49,460 bases of DNA from Candidatus Fermentibacterota bacterium (GTDB lineage: Bacteria > JAFGKV01), in contig JAFGKV010000138.1 in assembly GCA_016928395.1 (NCBI GenBank), forward strand, positions 1-49,460. Reading direction: 5' to 3'. Shown here piece by piece: positions 36,234-45,418 of the stretch (position 1 is the stretch's first letter; each line of letters opens with the position of its first letter). Position numbers and translations under genes: made by a program. The notes below the pieces were generated by a model. It was not told the origin of the DNA and made no database searches. It saw only the letters and a program-made list of their open reading frames with translations.

Positions 36234-39200
36234 CTACTGCAGCCGCACCACCATGCTCTCGGAAGTGCCTGCCCCGGTGACGAATCTGCCGAGGTACACT
36301 CCGCTGGGCAGGTTCTCGGGAACGACACCCAGAGAGTGGTTACCCCTCGACAGGGTCCCGAACCCATGGCACAGGACAATCCGGCCCGACAGGTCATAGA
36401 TCTCAAGGCGAACTGCAGACTCTTGGGGCACGCTCAGCAGCCACGAAAGCCTCTCGTCGCTGGGATTGGGCCACGGGCCCTCGACGCGTAACGCCTCCAC
36501 CAGCGGCGCAGACCCATCGCCGGCTGCCACCAGCACCGGCTCGACATCGTCGAGACAGAAAAACCCCGATGATCCCGAGCCGTCACACGACCAGGCGAAC
36601 ACAATGTTGCCGCCCTCGGTCTCTATCGTGAAGGGCAGGACTAGTTCGGTGTAGTTGCTCTGGTCGCCCGTAAGCGTCAATTGGGCCAGCGTCTCTTCGC
36701 CTCTTTTCGCGCTGACTTGCACAGTATCCTGTCCCAGAGACCAACAGGCCTGGAACCGGAGCCTGACCTGGGATCCGCATACGAAGGACATCGGCGGCAT
36801 GGTGGCCATGCTGCCCGAGACTGCCGGATCCAGCACCAGAAGCCCCCGCCCGGTGGCCGGCGGATAGACTCCGTCCGCAGTCGCCCAGCGCCAGGCACCC
36901 GAGAGATTCCAGTAGACCGGCGGGAGTTCGAAACCCTCACCCACCGGCCCAGAGGTGAACCACGACCAGATCTCGTCGTTCCATGCCTCTCCGTCGCCCA
37001 AAGCCTCGGCGCGGAAAAGAACCTTGAACCGTGCGCCGGCAGGAGGAACCGGCACGATGGGAAACTCCACAACTCCCGACTCCTCGGGGTCAGCCAGCAT
37101 CGTGGTGGTATAGACCTCGTCGCCGTCCTCCTCGGTGACCTCCACTGTGACCGGCACCAGACCCACGTTCTCCGCGCCGTTGTCGCACAGCGTTACCATG
37201 CCCCGCACCGTGGTTCCCTCAGGACCGCTGTCCAACGGCAATATCATAGCCCGAAGCGCCGCGTCTCTCACCGGCTGTTGTTCGGAGATGTTGAGCAGAC
37301 CCGGCACGGCGGGCAGGCGCTGCAGAAGCCCGCTGGGCCACGCCACGGTGATCACGGGATTGGCGCCCACTGGCCCCAATGGCAGCGTCGCCACCGGCGG
37401 TCCTTGCCCAAGACCGCACCCCTCGCCCACGATCCGCCCCAGCGACGAGACATCGCCGCTGAGCGTGACCCCGGCGAGAAGCCCGTCGCGGGAGCTGCTC
37501 GACCCCTGGAGTGTGACACGTACGGACTGCGGACTCTCACTCAGGTTGAGTAGCAGTTGATCGCCGCCTGCGCGGCCAACGTAGATGTCCTCGTCACCAT
37601 CATTGTCGATATCCGCCCAGGTAACCACCCAGCCCTGGTTCGTGATTGTCGCGCTCTCGGTGGCGTCACCGAATGTGCTCCCGAGGTTCCGGTAGAGCGC
37701 GTTTCGCTGCACATTGCACACGTACAGATCCAGCAGCCCATCACCGTCGAAGTCGCCCCAGGCCGCTGAGGATGAGCTTCTCAGGTCCTCGAGACCGGAA
37801 TCGACGACTCTGACGAAACCTCTGCCTCGGATGTTTCGGTAGAGCGTGTTGGGCTCGCCGCCGTTAAAGGATGGCCCGATATTGGTCACATAAAGATCAG
37901 GCCACCCGTCATTGTCATAGTCGCCCCACCCACACCCCGTGGAAACCAGCGCATCATCACCGAGACCCAGTTCCAGGGCGCAATCCGTGAAGGTCCCATC
38001 ACCGTTGTTCACGTAGAGGGCATTGGGCGCCCCGCCATATCCCGCGCCGCAGTTAGCCACACACAGATCCAGGTCTCCGTCCCGGTCGAAGTCTGCAAAC
38101 GCGGCGGCGTATGCGCTCACCGTACCGGCGACGCCGGCTGCGGACGAGACCTCCGTGAAGGTGCCGTCGCCATTGTTATGGAAGAGTTGCCACGGCTGTT
38201 CCTGGTGAGCGATGAAGAAATCCAGCCAGCCGTCATTGTCATAGTCGCCCCACACTGGGGTGAAGTTCTTCTGAGCGGTTGACGCAATCCCGGCCTGGGC
38301 GCTCACATCGGTGAAGACCCCTGCGCCGTTGTTCTTGAACAACGCAAGCCCCGCCATCGTGCCATGGAGTAGATCGGGAACGCCATCATTGTCATAGTCG
38401 CCCCACGAGGCGCCCTGCCCTTTGCCAGTCATCGGGAGATTCGACTGAGCAATGACGTTCACCAGGGTGTCGCCGTCATTACGGTACAGGGCGTGGTCAA
38501 AACTCCAGGCCGCACGGTAGAAATCCAGGTCGCCATCGTCGTCCATATCTGCGAAGGCAACGGTATGGGCCTTGCTCGTAGTTGCCAAGCCCCAGTCAGA
38601 CGCCGCGTTTGCGAAGAGCTGCACCGCCATGGGGATGGAGAAAGGCAGTTCTTCGCTGTGGCCCCCGTCGGCATACAGGGTCAAGACGAACTGCACATGG
38701 TACCCGACTTCGGCATCGGCATCCACGGTGACCGCCACTCCCTGCAAGGCCACGGCCACCGAATCAGTCTCGATGGCGCCGAAGTTGACGGCGGAGCTGT
38801 CGACATGAACGTGAGGATCGTCGGTGCTGAGATACCCCGTCACGATTGAGGCGGGCGCCCAGAAATTCCTGACACGGAAGTTCAGCGCCGCTGCTTCGCC
38901 CGGTCCGAGAAGGCCGTCACCATTGCCGCTGGCCGAATCCTCCACCACGACTTCGATGAGACGCAGTGTCGGGTGCGGTGATTCGACAAGAGCCCGATAG
39001 CCATTGACCCGGCCCGAACCCAGCGTACCGCGATACTGGGGATTGATGATATCGATGGGATCGGCAGTGCCGGTCAGCCGGTAATACAGTTCGGTATTGG
39101 AAAGCTCCGGGTAGCGGCTCAGCACCAGACCGGCAACACCAGCCACATAGGGGCATGATGCCGAGGTGCCTGCGAAATCCGTAATGAAGGCGTCGTCAAA

Positions 39201-40352
39201 CGCCGTGGTCCAAATGCCGACTCCCGGCGCCGCGATGCCGACCCAGAGGCCGAAATTGGAGAAATCTGCCCTGATGTCGCCCCACTGTGTGGCGGCTACC
39301 GAGAGCACTTCCTGATATGCCGATGGCGTCTGCCAGTTATCAGAGTTGTCATTGCCGGCCGATGCCACAAGGAAAACGCCGGCGGCATGAGCGTATTGAA
39401 CCGCTTCGTGAAGTGCTTCACAGTCAGGGTTTCTCCAGCTCATGGACAGGATGTCAACGCCATTATCGGCCGCGTAGTAGAACGACTCGACTATGTCGGA
39501 AGTGATGCCCCCCGAACCCTCAGTTGCGGAGTAGAGAATCTTGAGCGGCATGATGGCGCAATGCCAGGCAGTGCCCGCCACCATGAGGCCATTATCGCTC
39601 ACCGCGGCGGCGATGCCTGCCGTATTGGTACCGTGGCCGCCGAAATCCATGGGATCGGGGTCAGGAGGAAAACCGTCTTCGCCAGGCTCAGGATACTCAC
39701 CGGTGATGAAGTCCCACCCGATGACGTCGTCTACATAGCCATTGCCGTCGGCGTCGGCACCGTCCAGATCGCCGCCCTCGCCCGCGGGATAGTTGTCGAA
39801 GCGACCGTTGCCATTGGCGTCTTCAGCGGCATTGATGTAGATATTCGCAGCGAGGTCGGGATGATCCCAATCGCACCCGGTATCGCTGATAGCAATCACG
39901 ACGTTCCGCGAGCCAGTCTCGACATCCCACGCTTCTGGCATGGCCATGAGTGCCATGGCATACTGCTCGGGCAAAAATGGATCGTCCGGAGTCGCCGTCA
40001 ACGTGGCGTAGTAATCAGGATGGGCGTAGATCACTCCCTGGCATGCTTGCAGCCCCCCGCACACATCCTGCGGATCAATTGCGGCACCATACCGAACAGC
40101 AATGAGGCCGTCTGAGCCAAAGCCTCTGCGCAACGAGGCATTGATACCGTCGCCACGGGGGCGTGCGATTCGGCGGATTGTACCCACCTGCAACTCGTCG
40201 ATCAGCCTGTCCAGGGGTTCAATCCCTGTTCCGGCGCCGGATACGAGATGAGCGGCAATGGAGGGATCCACCTTGGCGATGAACCTGCCGGGGGCGTACT
40301 CGGCGGCATTGAGTGTACCGGTAAGAAGTAACAGGAAGATGAAGCGACTCAT
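36234..40352 (-). CDS. Secreted S8 subtilisin-like serine peptidase with FG-GAP repeats and T9SS-like CTD
   Basis: Signal and propeptide; catalytic triad IAISDTG, GHGTNTAG, GTSASCP; oxyanion SAGN; WGDYDNDG repeats; CTD PNP...IYDLSGR...LPSGVY. AAGGAG before ATG 40352. Confidence 0.92.
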   Translation of the reverse strand: MSRFIFLLLLTGTLNAAEYAPGRFIAKVDPSIAAHLVSGAGTGIEPLDRLIDELQVGTIRRIARPRGDGINASLRRGFGSDGLIAVRYGAAIDPQDVCGGLQACQGVIYAHPDYYATLTATPDDPFLPEQYAMALMAMPEAWDVETGSRNVVIAISDTGCDWDHPDLAANIYINAAEDANGNGRFDNYPAGEGGDLDGADADGNGYVDDVIGWDFITGEYPEPGEDGFPPDPDPMDFGGHGTNTAGIAAAVSDNGLMVAGTAWHCAIMPLKILYSATEGSGGITSDIVESFYYAADNGVDILSMSWRNPDCEALHEAVQYAHAAGVFLVASAGNDNSDNWQTPSAYQEVLSVAATQWGDIRADFSNFGLWVGIAAPGVGIWTTAFDDAFITDFAGTSASCPYVAGVAGLVLSRYPELSNTELYYRLTGTADPIDIINPQYRGTLGSGRVNGYRALVESPHPTLRLIEVVVEDSASGNGDGLLGPGEAAALNFRVRNFWAPASIVTGYLSTDDPHVHVDSSAVNFGAIETDSVAVALQGVAVTVDADAEVGYHVQFVLTLYADGGHSEELPFSIPMAVQLFANAASDWGLATTSKAHTVAFADMDDDGDLDFYRAAWSFDHALYRNDGDTLVNVIAQSNLPMTGKGQGASWGDYDNDGVPDLLHGTMAGLALFKNNGAGVFTDVSAQAGIASTAQKNFTPVWGDYDNDGWLDFFIAHQEQPWQLFHNNGDGTFTEVSSAAGVAGTVSAYAAAFADFDRDGDLDLCVANCGAGYGGAPNALYVNNGDGTFTDCALELGLGDDALVSTGCGWGDYDNDGWPDLYVTNIGPSFNGGEPNTLYRNIRGRGFVRVVDSGLEDLRSSSSAAWGDFDGDGLLDLYVCNVQRNALYRNLGSTFGDATESATITNQGWVVTWADIDNDGDEDIYVGRAGGDQLLLNLSESPQSVRVTLQGSSSSRDGLLAGVTLSGDVSSLGRIVGEGCGLGQGPPVATLPLGPVGANPVITVAWPSGLLQRLPAVPGLLNISEQQPVRDAALRAMILPLDSGPEGTTVRGMVTLCDNGAENVGLVPVTVEVTEEDGDEVYTTTMLADPEESGVVEFPIVPVPPAGARFKVLFRAEALGDGEAWNDEIWSWFTSGPVGEGFELPPVYWNLSGAWRWATADGVYPPATGRGLLVLDPAVSGSMATMPPMSFVCGSQVRLRFQACWSLGQDTVQVSAKRGEETLAQLTLTGDQSNYTELVLPFTIETEGGNIVFAWSCDGSGSSGFFCLDDVEPVLVAAGDGSAPLVEALRVEGPWPNPSDERLSWLLSVPQESAVRLEIYDLSGRIVLCHGFGTLSRGNHSLGVVPENLPSGVYLGRFVTGAGTSESMVVRLQ

Positions 40353-40395
40353 AACGACTCCTTCGGTGAAGCTCACGCGTGAGACCCTGCGCGCG

Positions 40396-41463
40396 CTATT
40401 CCTCATCAAGACACCATGACACCCACCGGCCATAGCGGCCCAAGGCAGTCACCGCCCAAATCAAGGCCAGCATCCCGGCCAGCATCGCCGCGGGGCCGGG
40501 GCGTTGGATGAACTCGATGCCGGGAAGATCTCTGGGAAAAGGAATCATCGCCAGCAGCAGGTAGACCCCCAGGCCAAATCCGACGAGTACGACCAACGAT
40601 ACCAGGCAGGCCATGTACCGTGAGGGACTACGGCGAATGAGCGAAAAAAGAACGGTCGGATCCAGGCTCATGAAGGGACTCCCGGTTCGAAACAGAACCG
40701 CGATGATAAGAGGCATGAGAGCGATCAGACCGGCAAGAGCCACCAACAGCGCGATGGACAAAATGCCCGAATACGACGCCGACGGCTGGGCCTCGCCCGA
40801 GGGAGCAGGCTCGCCGCTGGGAACGAGCACCACGTAGAGCAGCACGACGAGTAGCCCTGGCGAGATCATGAGTTTCATCAGCCGACCCGCGATGAGGCCG
40901 GGTCCTCCTCCCAGGCTCCACGGGGCGGGCGGCCGAGGCCGTTCATGCTCCGCCGCCAAATACAGGGCCCACAGGTAAGGTATAAAGAACAACAATGCCA
41001 CAGGCCAAGCCACGAAGTTGAACACGCCCCACGCCAGGAGCCATACCGCCCCGAGCCCTGCAAAGGGATAGACCAGAATCGAGAAAAGCTGGTGATCCGT
41101 AGGTGGGGGCTCAGGCATCGGAGGAGGAGGAGGGGGCTTGCGGATCGAGCCTGAGCGCCGAGTCGACCCGGGGGCCGGCGCAGCGGCAGCAGAGGGGGCA
41201 TCCTCTTCGACGTCCGTGCACATGCCGCCGCAGTGAGCGCAGAATCGCACAAGCTCTCCACTCATGAGCCGATCGGGGGCGCATTCCTCGCACAGAAGCT
41301 TGCCACACGCTGTGCACAGAAACGGAGCGATCGTGCCTGGGTGGTAGTGGCACTGCTTGGAACCGGGCGGGAGTGTGGGACCGACGGCGGGAGGTGGCTC
41401 GGCCGCGGGGATGAGCCGAACGCTCTGCTGTTCCCAGTCTTCCGAGCCACTGTCTAGAATCAT
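40396..41463 (-). CDS. Membrane protein with N-terminal B-box-like Zn finger and multi-TM (DUF4013-like) region
   Basis: CHYHP...CTACGKLLCEEC...CAHCGGMC, Pro-rich linker, about six TM helices starting at FSILVYPF. Confidence 0.65.
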   Translation of the reverse strand: MILDSGSEDWEQQSVRLIPAAEPPPAVGPTLPPGSKQCHYHPGTIAPFLCTACGKLLCEECAPDRLMSGELVRFCAHCGGMCTDVEEDAPSAAAAPAPGSTRRSGSIRKPPPPPPMPEPPPTDHQLFSILVYPFAGLGAVWLLAWGVFNFVAWPVALLFFIPYLWALYLAAEHERPRPPAPWSLGGGPGLIAGRLMKLMISPGLLVVLLYVVLVPSGEPAPSGEAQPSASYSGILSIALLVALAGLIALMPLIIAVLFRTGSPFMSLDPTVLFSLIRRSPSRYMACLVSLVVLVGFGLGVYLLLAMIPFPRDLPGIEFIQRPGPAAMLAGMLALIWAVTALGRYGRWVSWCLDEE

Positions 41464-41588
41464 GACACCCACCTCTTGCCTCGTGCAGTCTTCCGGAACC
41501 GGCATGAGTCATTGAAGCGACGGCAATGTACACTATGGAGTCCCTCCGCACACCCCGGATGTGAGCGGGCCTGCGCCGCACTTCGTCT

Positions 41589-41616
41589 TTGACAGGTTCC
41601 TCCCTCCTGCCATATT
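41589..41616 (+). promoter_or_regulatory. Putative sigma70 promoter of the radical SAM gene
   Basis: TTGACA-N16-CATATT, with TGn extended -10. Confidence 0.4.
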
Positions 41617-41726
41617 CGATGAGCCATGTGCGGTCTCACCGCGACTTCGCCGCGCGCCATCGCCTGTCGCCCTGTCGTGATGATCTGGCGCCGGCGGAGA
41701 GCAGATGGTTTGAACCGGAGGTATTC

Positions 41727-43193
41727 GTGGGCACGTTCAAAGTTGCATATGTTCATCCGGCCCCCCACGGTCGGGCTGAACGCTCCCGTGTACCCCTGGA
41801 TGCATTCCAGAACCAGCCTGCCGGGCTTACCTGCGCGTTGAACAACCTGGTTCGCAGCGGGACAGAGTTGGTGGGTATCAATGAAGCCATCGAACTGCGA
41901 CTTGATCCGTCGTTTGCCCTTCAGGACTGGCTGAAACGGCAGGCGCCGGATCTCGTGCTCGTGGAGCTGCATTGGTACGTGCATACCCATGGTGCGCGCC
42001 GCGCGGCGCGCATGGCCAAGACTGCGCTTCCCCGCGTTCCGGTGGTCATGGGAGGTCTCACTGCCACCGCCTTCTCCGCCGAAATCCTCCTGCGGTGGCC
42101 CGTGGTGGACATGGTCCTAGCCGGTGAGGTGGATGCCCCGCTCAGTATGCTAGTGCAGCAGATCCGCTCAGGAAGCCCTCTCGACGCGGTGCCCAACCTC
42201 TGGCGGCGTCACGGGGAGTCAACCATCCCTCCGGAACGTGCGTGGTGTGCTGAAACCCTTGACGGGCTTGACCATGTGGACATGGGATGGCTGGAACACT
42301 TGGAGGATTTCGAGCGCTCAGATCTCCCCTACCGCAACCGTTGGCTGCTCACCGGCCGAGGCTGTCCTCACTCATGTTTCTTTTGCGGGGGATCCCGTCC
42401 GGGCCTGGCCCGCTTGTTCGGACGAGAACGTGTTCTTGTTCGCCCTCCAGACCATGTGGCAGCCGACATCGTCCGGCTGGCGCGGACCGGCGTGGAGGCT
42501 GTACACCTGACCCATGACCTCTTCAGCGTGGACGATCAGTATTGGAGATCCTTGTTCGACGTGGTCCGCAGTTCAGGCGTGACGGTTGGGTTGGCGAATG
42601 AATCGTGGGGGCCAGTACCAGGCGATGATCTCCTTGAGGCGTGGGCTGCCACCTTCGACGTAGCACGCTCATACATCGCCCTCTCCCCTACGTCGGCCTG
42701 GTCAGGCCTGGCTGCCTTGGCGTCGAAAAGGACCGTCCTAAACGAGTTGTTCCATGCATTGGACACCATGGCCTCGCTCCGATTTCCGTTGCACGTCTTC
42801 TTTCTCTTGAACATCCCAGGCGAAACGCCCCGGACGTTCGAACGAACCATTGACCTGGCCTCGGCGATCCTGCAGCGCTATCCAGGCGAGTTGCTTCGGC
42901 TTGAAGCCCAACCTGCGTCGGTGGATCCCGGGAGCCCGGCAGCGATGGGTCTGACCAAGCGGTTCAGGTTCCAGCCGCCGACTCTCGACGACTACCTTGC
43001 AGTCTCCAGCGGTGAGTACGTGATGTCCCTGAACTGGCCTTTGGAGGAGTCGAATGTCGATCCCGGAGAGCCGTTGGGAGTCATGCCGGCCAAGCCGCGG
43101 GAGATCATGGCCCTCGCAAGCCGCTGCCCGTCTTTTGCCGATCGATGGCGCGACCTTCTACGGGTGGCTCAACGGGACAAACCCGCCGGATGA
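41727..43193 (+). CDS. Cobalamin-binding radical SAM protein
   Basis: B12 domain (ELHWYVHTHG, VPVVMGGLTAT, VD.V.AGE, VPNL); CxxxCxxC motif GRGCPHSCFFC; IPGET. GGAGG RBS before GTG 41727. Confidence 0.85.
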   Translation: MGTFKVAYVHPAPHGRAERSRVPLDAFQNQPAGLTCALNNLVRSGTELVGINEAIELRLDPSFALQDWLKRQAPDLVLVELHWYVHTHGARRAARMAKTALPRVPVVMGGLTATAFSAEILLRWPVVDMVLAGEVDAPLSMLVQQIRSGSPLDAVPNLWRRHGESTIPPERAWCAETLDGLDHVDMGWLEHLEDFERSDLPYRNRWLLTGRGCPHSCFFCGGSRPGLARLFGRERVLVRPPDHVAADIVRLARTGVEAVHLTHDLFSVDDQYWRSLFDVVRSSGVTVGLANESWGPVPGDDLLEAWAATFDVARSYIALSPTSAWSGLAALASKRTVLNELFHALDTMASLRFPLHVFFLLNIPGETPRTFERTIDLASAILQRYPGELLRLEAQPASVDPGSPAAMGLTKRFRFQPPTLDDYLAVSSGEYVMSLNWPLEESNVDPGEPLGVMPAKPREIMALASRCPSFADRWRDLLRVAQRDKPAG

Positions 43194-45401
43194 CTTCGCA
43201 TCCGAACGAAAATCACGACCTCGTGCTTCCGCGCGGAATAGCTGTGCACCGCCAACCCCCTCACCTGGCGAAATTGACCGTCGAATAGACCAGGCACGAA
43301 TGCGGGGGCGCCGGGCAAAGTCGGGCGGGGTGGTCTCTCTGGTGATCTCGCGAGCGCTCAGAGGAAGAATGGAAGCCTCAACCAGCTCAAACACCTTCAG
43401 GTTTGTGGTGAACAGGATTTCGCCGCCCGGGGCTAGCAGATGGGCGCAATGGACGAGCAACGTGTGGTAATCCCGTTGCACATCAAAGTCGTGACGCATG
43501 GCCTTTGACCTAGAGAATGATGGCGGGGCCAGAAGGATGAGCCCGTATCGCTGAGGCCCCGCATGCTGGACCCAGCGCACGACATCGCTGCGCACAAATC
43601 GGTGGTTCTGCTGCCCTAACCCGTTGAGGGAGAAATTCCTCCTGCCCCACGCCAGATAGACATTGGATAGATCAACACTGGTGGTCGAGCGGGCACGTCC
43701 GGCTGCTGCGGCCACCGATGCGGTGCAGGTGTAGGCGAACAGGTTCAGGAAGTCGCGACCGTGGGCCATGGAGCGGATTCGCCGCCTGAGAATCCTATCG
43801 TCCAGGAAGAGACCGGTATCCAGGTAATCCGTCAGGTTCACCTCATACCGCAGGCCATCTTCCCACACAAGGTGAGGGCGTCTCTGATCCCCGCGCCTGT
43901 TGGACTGCTCCCCCGCCGCCCGCCGCTTCCGTACCCTCAAGACTATGTCCGCCGGATCGACACGCAGCACCTCGGCAACCACCAGCATGGCATCCTGTAC
44001 GCGCCGCTGAGCCAGCTGCGCCGGCACCCTGCGCGGTGGCGCATTTTCCTCGACGCGGACCGCTCCGTCATACAGGTCGACGGCCAGATTGTACTCCGGC
44101 AAATCACTGTCGTAGAGCCGGTAGCACGTGACACCTTCCTCCCGTGCCCATGCATCCCGTTCCAGAGCATTCGCCCGGAGTTTTCGCCTGAACGCATTCG
44201 ATTCCTCGCTGGGTTTTCGCCAGTAAGGCCTTTCCGCAACTGCCGGCGACGATGCGATGGGTATCCGGAGAAGCCGGCACTCAATAGGCCCATTGTACAT
44301 AACGTGCCGGGAGGCCGCTCGAAGCCCGATACGCTTTGCCAGGATGCTGTTGCCACAGAACACCCACGCGGTCCACCCCAGAAAACGCCGCCGCAGTACA
44401 TCACCAAGCAGTTCGTACAGCGGCCCAAGCTCTTCGGGTTCACCCATGCGTTCGCCATACGGAGGATTGGTCACGATGATGCCCGCGTCGGCCCACGGAG
44501 GCTCGACATCCCGCAGGTCGCACACGGCCAGACGAACACTGCCTGCCAGCCCGGCACGCTGGAGATTACCCCTGGCGCACGCAATGGCTGATGCGGAGAC
44601 ATCCGAACCTGCAATCCTGATCTGCCTGTGGCCCGCGGCGGCTCGCCTGTCCCGCGCTTCCGTGCAGAGCCGATTCCAGAGCGTGTAATCATGGCCCCTC
44701 CAGCCACCAGCGCGTACCGTGTCGCGTTGAAGGCCCGGCGCGACGTCGAGGGCCATCCACGCGGCCTCCATGGGGATGGTGCCCGAGCCGCATAGCGGGT
44801 CGAGGAGCGGCTCCGTGGAGAAATTCGTGTGCCATCCGGCCATGCGGAGAATCGCGGCCGCACGGTGTTCCTTCAGCGGCGCCTCGGCGAAACGCCGGCC
44901 GATGCCTCTCCGATGAAGCCCTCTACCCCCGACATCAACGCTCACCGTCACGGAAGTATCGGCCACATGCACACTGATGCGGACATCGGGATTCACCTTG
45001 TCGACATTGGGCCGGGCGCCGGTATCGGCACGGATCCGGTCCACCAGTGCATCCTTTGTCTTCAGGGCCATGAACCGCGGAGATCCAATGGTCGAATGCC
45101 CTCCCGCCACGTCCACCGCCACCGTGTGGCGCGAGTTCAGGTGACTCGTCCAATCGACGGCGTACACACCCTCATAGAGCGCCTGGGCATGCTCGGCCTT
45201 GAAGGAGGTCAGCGGAAAAAGGATCCGGCTTGAGACCCGGGACCACAGGCAGGCCCGGTACGCATGCTCGAGAGTGAGGCCGAAGGCGACACCTCCCCGG
45301 AACTCCTCCACCACGGGCAGACCCAGTTCTCTGAGTTCCTGCCCGAGGATCCCCTCGGTGCCGCGGGAAGCGGCGGCGAAGTATGCCGTGCGCTGGATCA
45401 C
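43158..45401 (-). CDS. rlmKL: Bifunctional 23S rRNA methyltransferase RlmKL
   Basis: THUMP plus RlmL half (LHRRG, APLKE, LDPLCGSGTI..EAA, TNPPYGER, NGPIEC); RlmK half (YRLYDSDLPEY, VNLTDYLDTGLFLD, FLNLFAYT, VDLSN.YL.W). Start placed at GTG 45401. Confidence 0.9.
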   Translation of the reverse strand: MIQRTAYFAAASRGTEGILGQELRELGLPVVEEFRGGVAFGLTLEHAYRACLWSRVSSRILFPLTSFKAEHAQALYEGVYAVDWTSHLNSRHTVAVDVAGGHSTIGSPRFMALKTKDALVDRIRADTGARPNVDKVNPDVRISVHVADTSVTVSVDVGGRGLHRRGIGRRFAEAPLKEHRAAAILRMAGWHTNFSTEPLLDPLCGSGTIPMEAAWMALDVAPGLQRDTVRAGGWRGHDYTLWNRLCTEARDRRAAAGHRQIRIAGSDVSASAIACARGNLQRAGLAGSVRLAVCDLRDVEPPWADAGIIVTNPPYGERMGEPEELGPLYELLGDVLRRRFLGWTAWVFCGNSILAKRIGLRAASRHVMYNGPIECRLLRIPIASSPAVAERPYWRKPSEESNAFRRKLRANALERDAWAREEGVTCYRLYDSDLPEYNLAVDLYDGAVRVEENAPPRRVPAQLAQRRVQDAMLVVAEVLRVDPADIVLRVRKRRAAGEQSNRRGDQRRPHLVWEDGLRYEVNLTDYLDTGLFLDDRILRRRIRSMAHGRDFLNLFAYTCTASVAAAAGRARSTTSVDLSNVYLAWGRRNFSLNGLGQQNHRFVRSDVVRWVQHAGPQRYGLILLAPPSFSRSKAMRHDFDVQRDYHTLLVHCAHLLAPGGEILFTTNLKVFELVEASILPLSAREITRETTPPDFARRPRIRAWSIRRSISPGEGVGGAQLFRAEARGRDFRSDAKSSGGFVPLSHP

Positions 45402-45418
45402 GGGCCCGGGTCCAGGGC

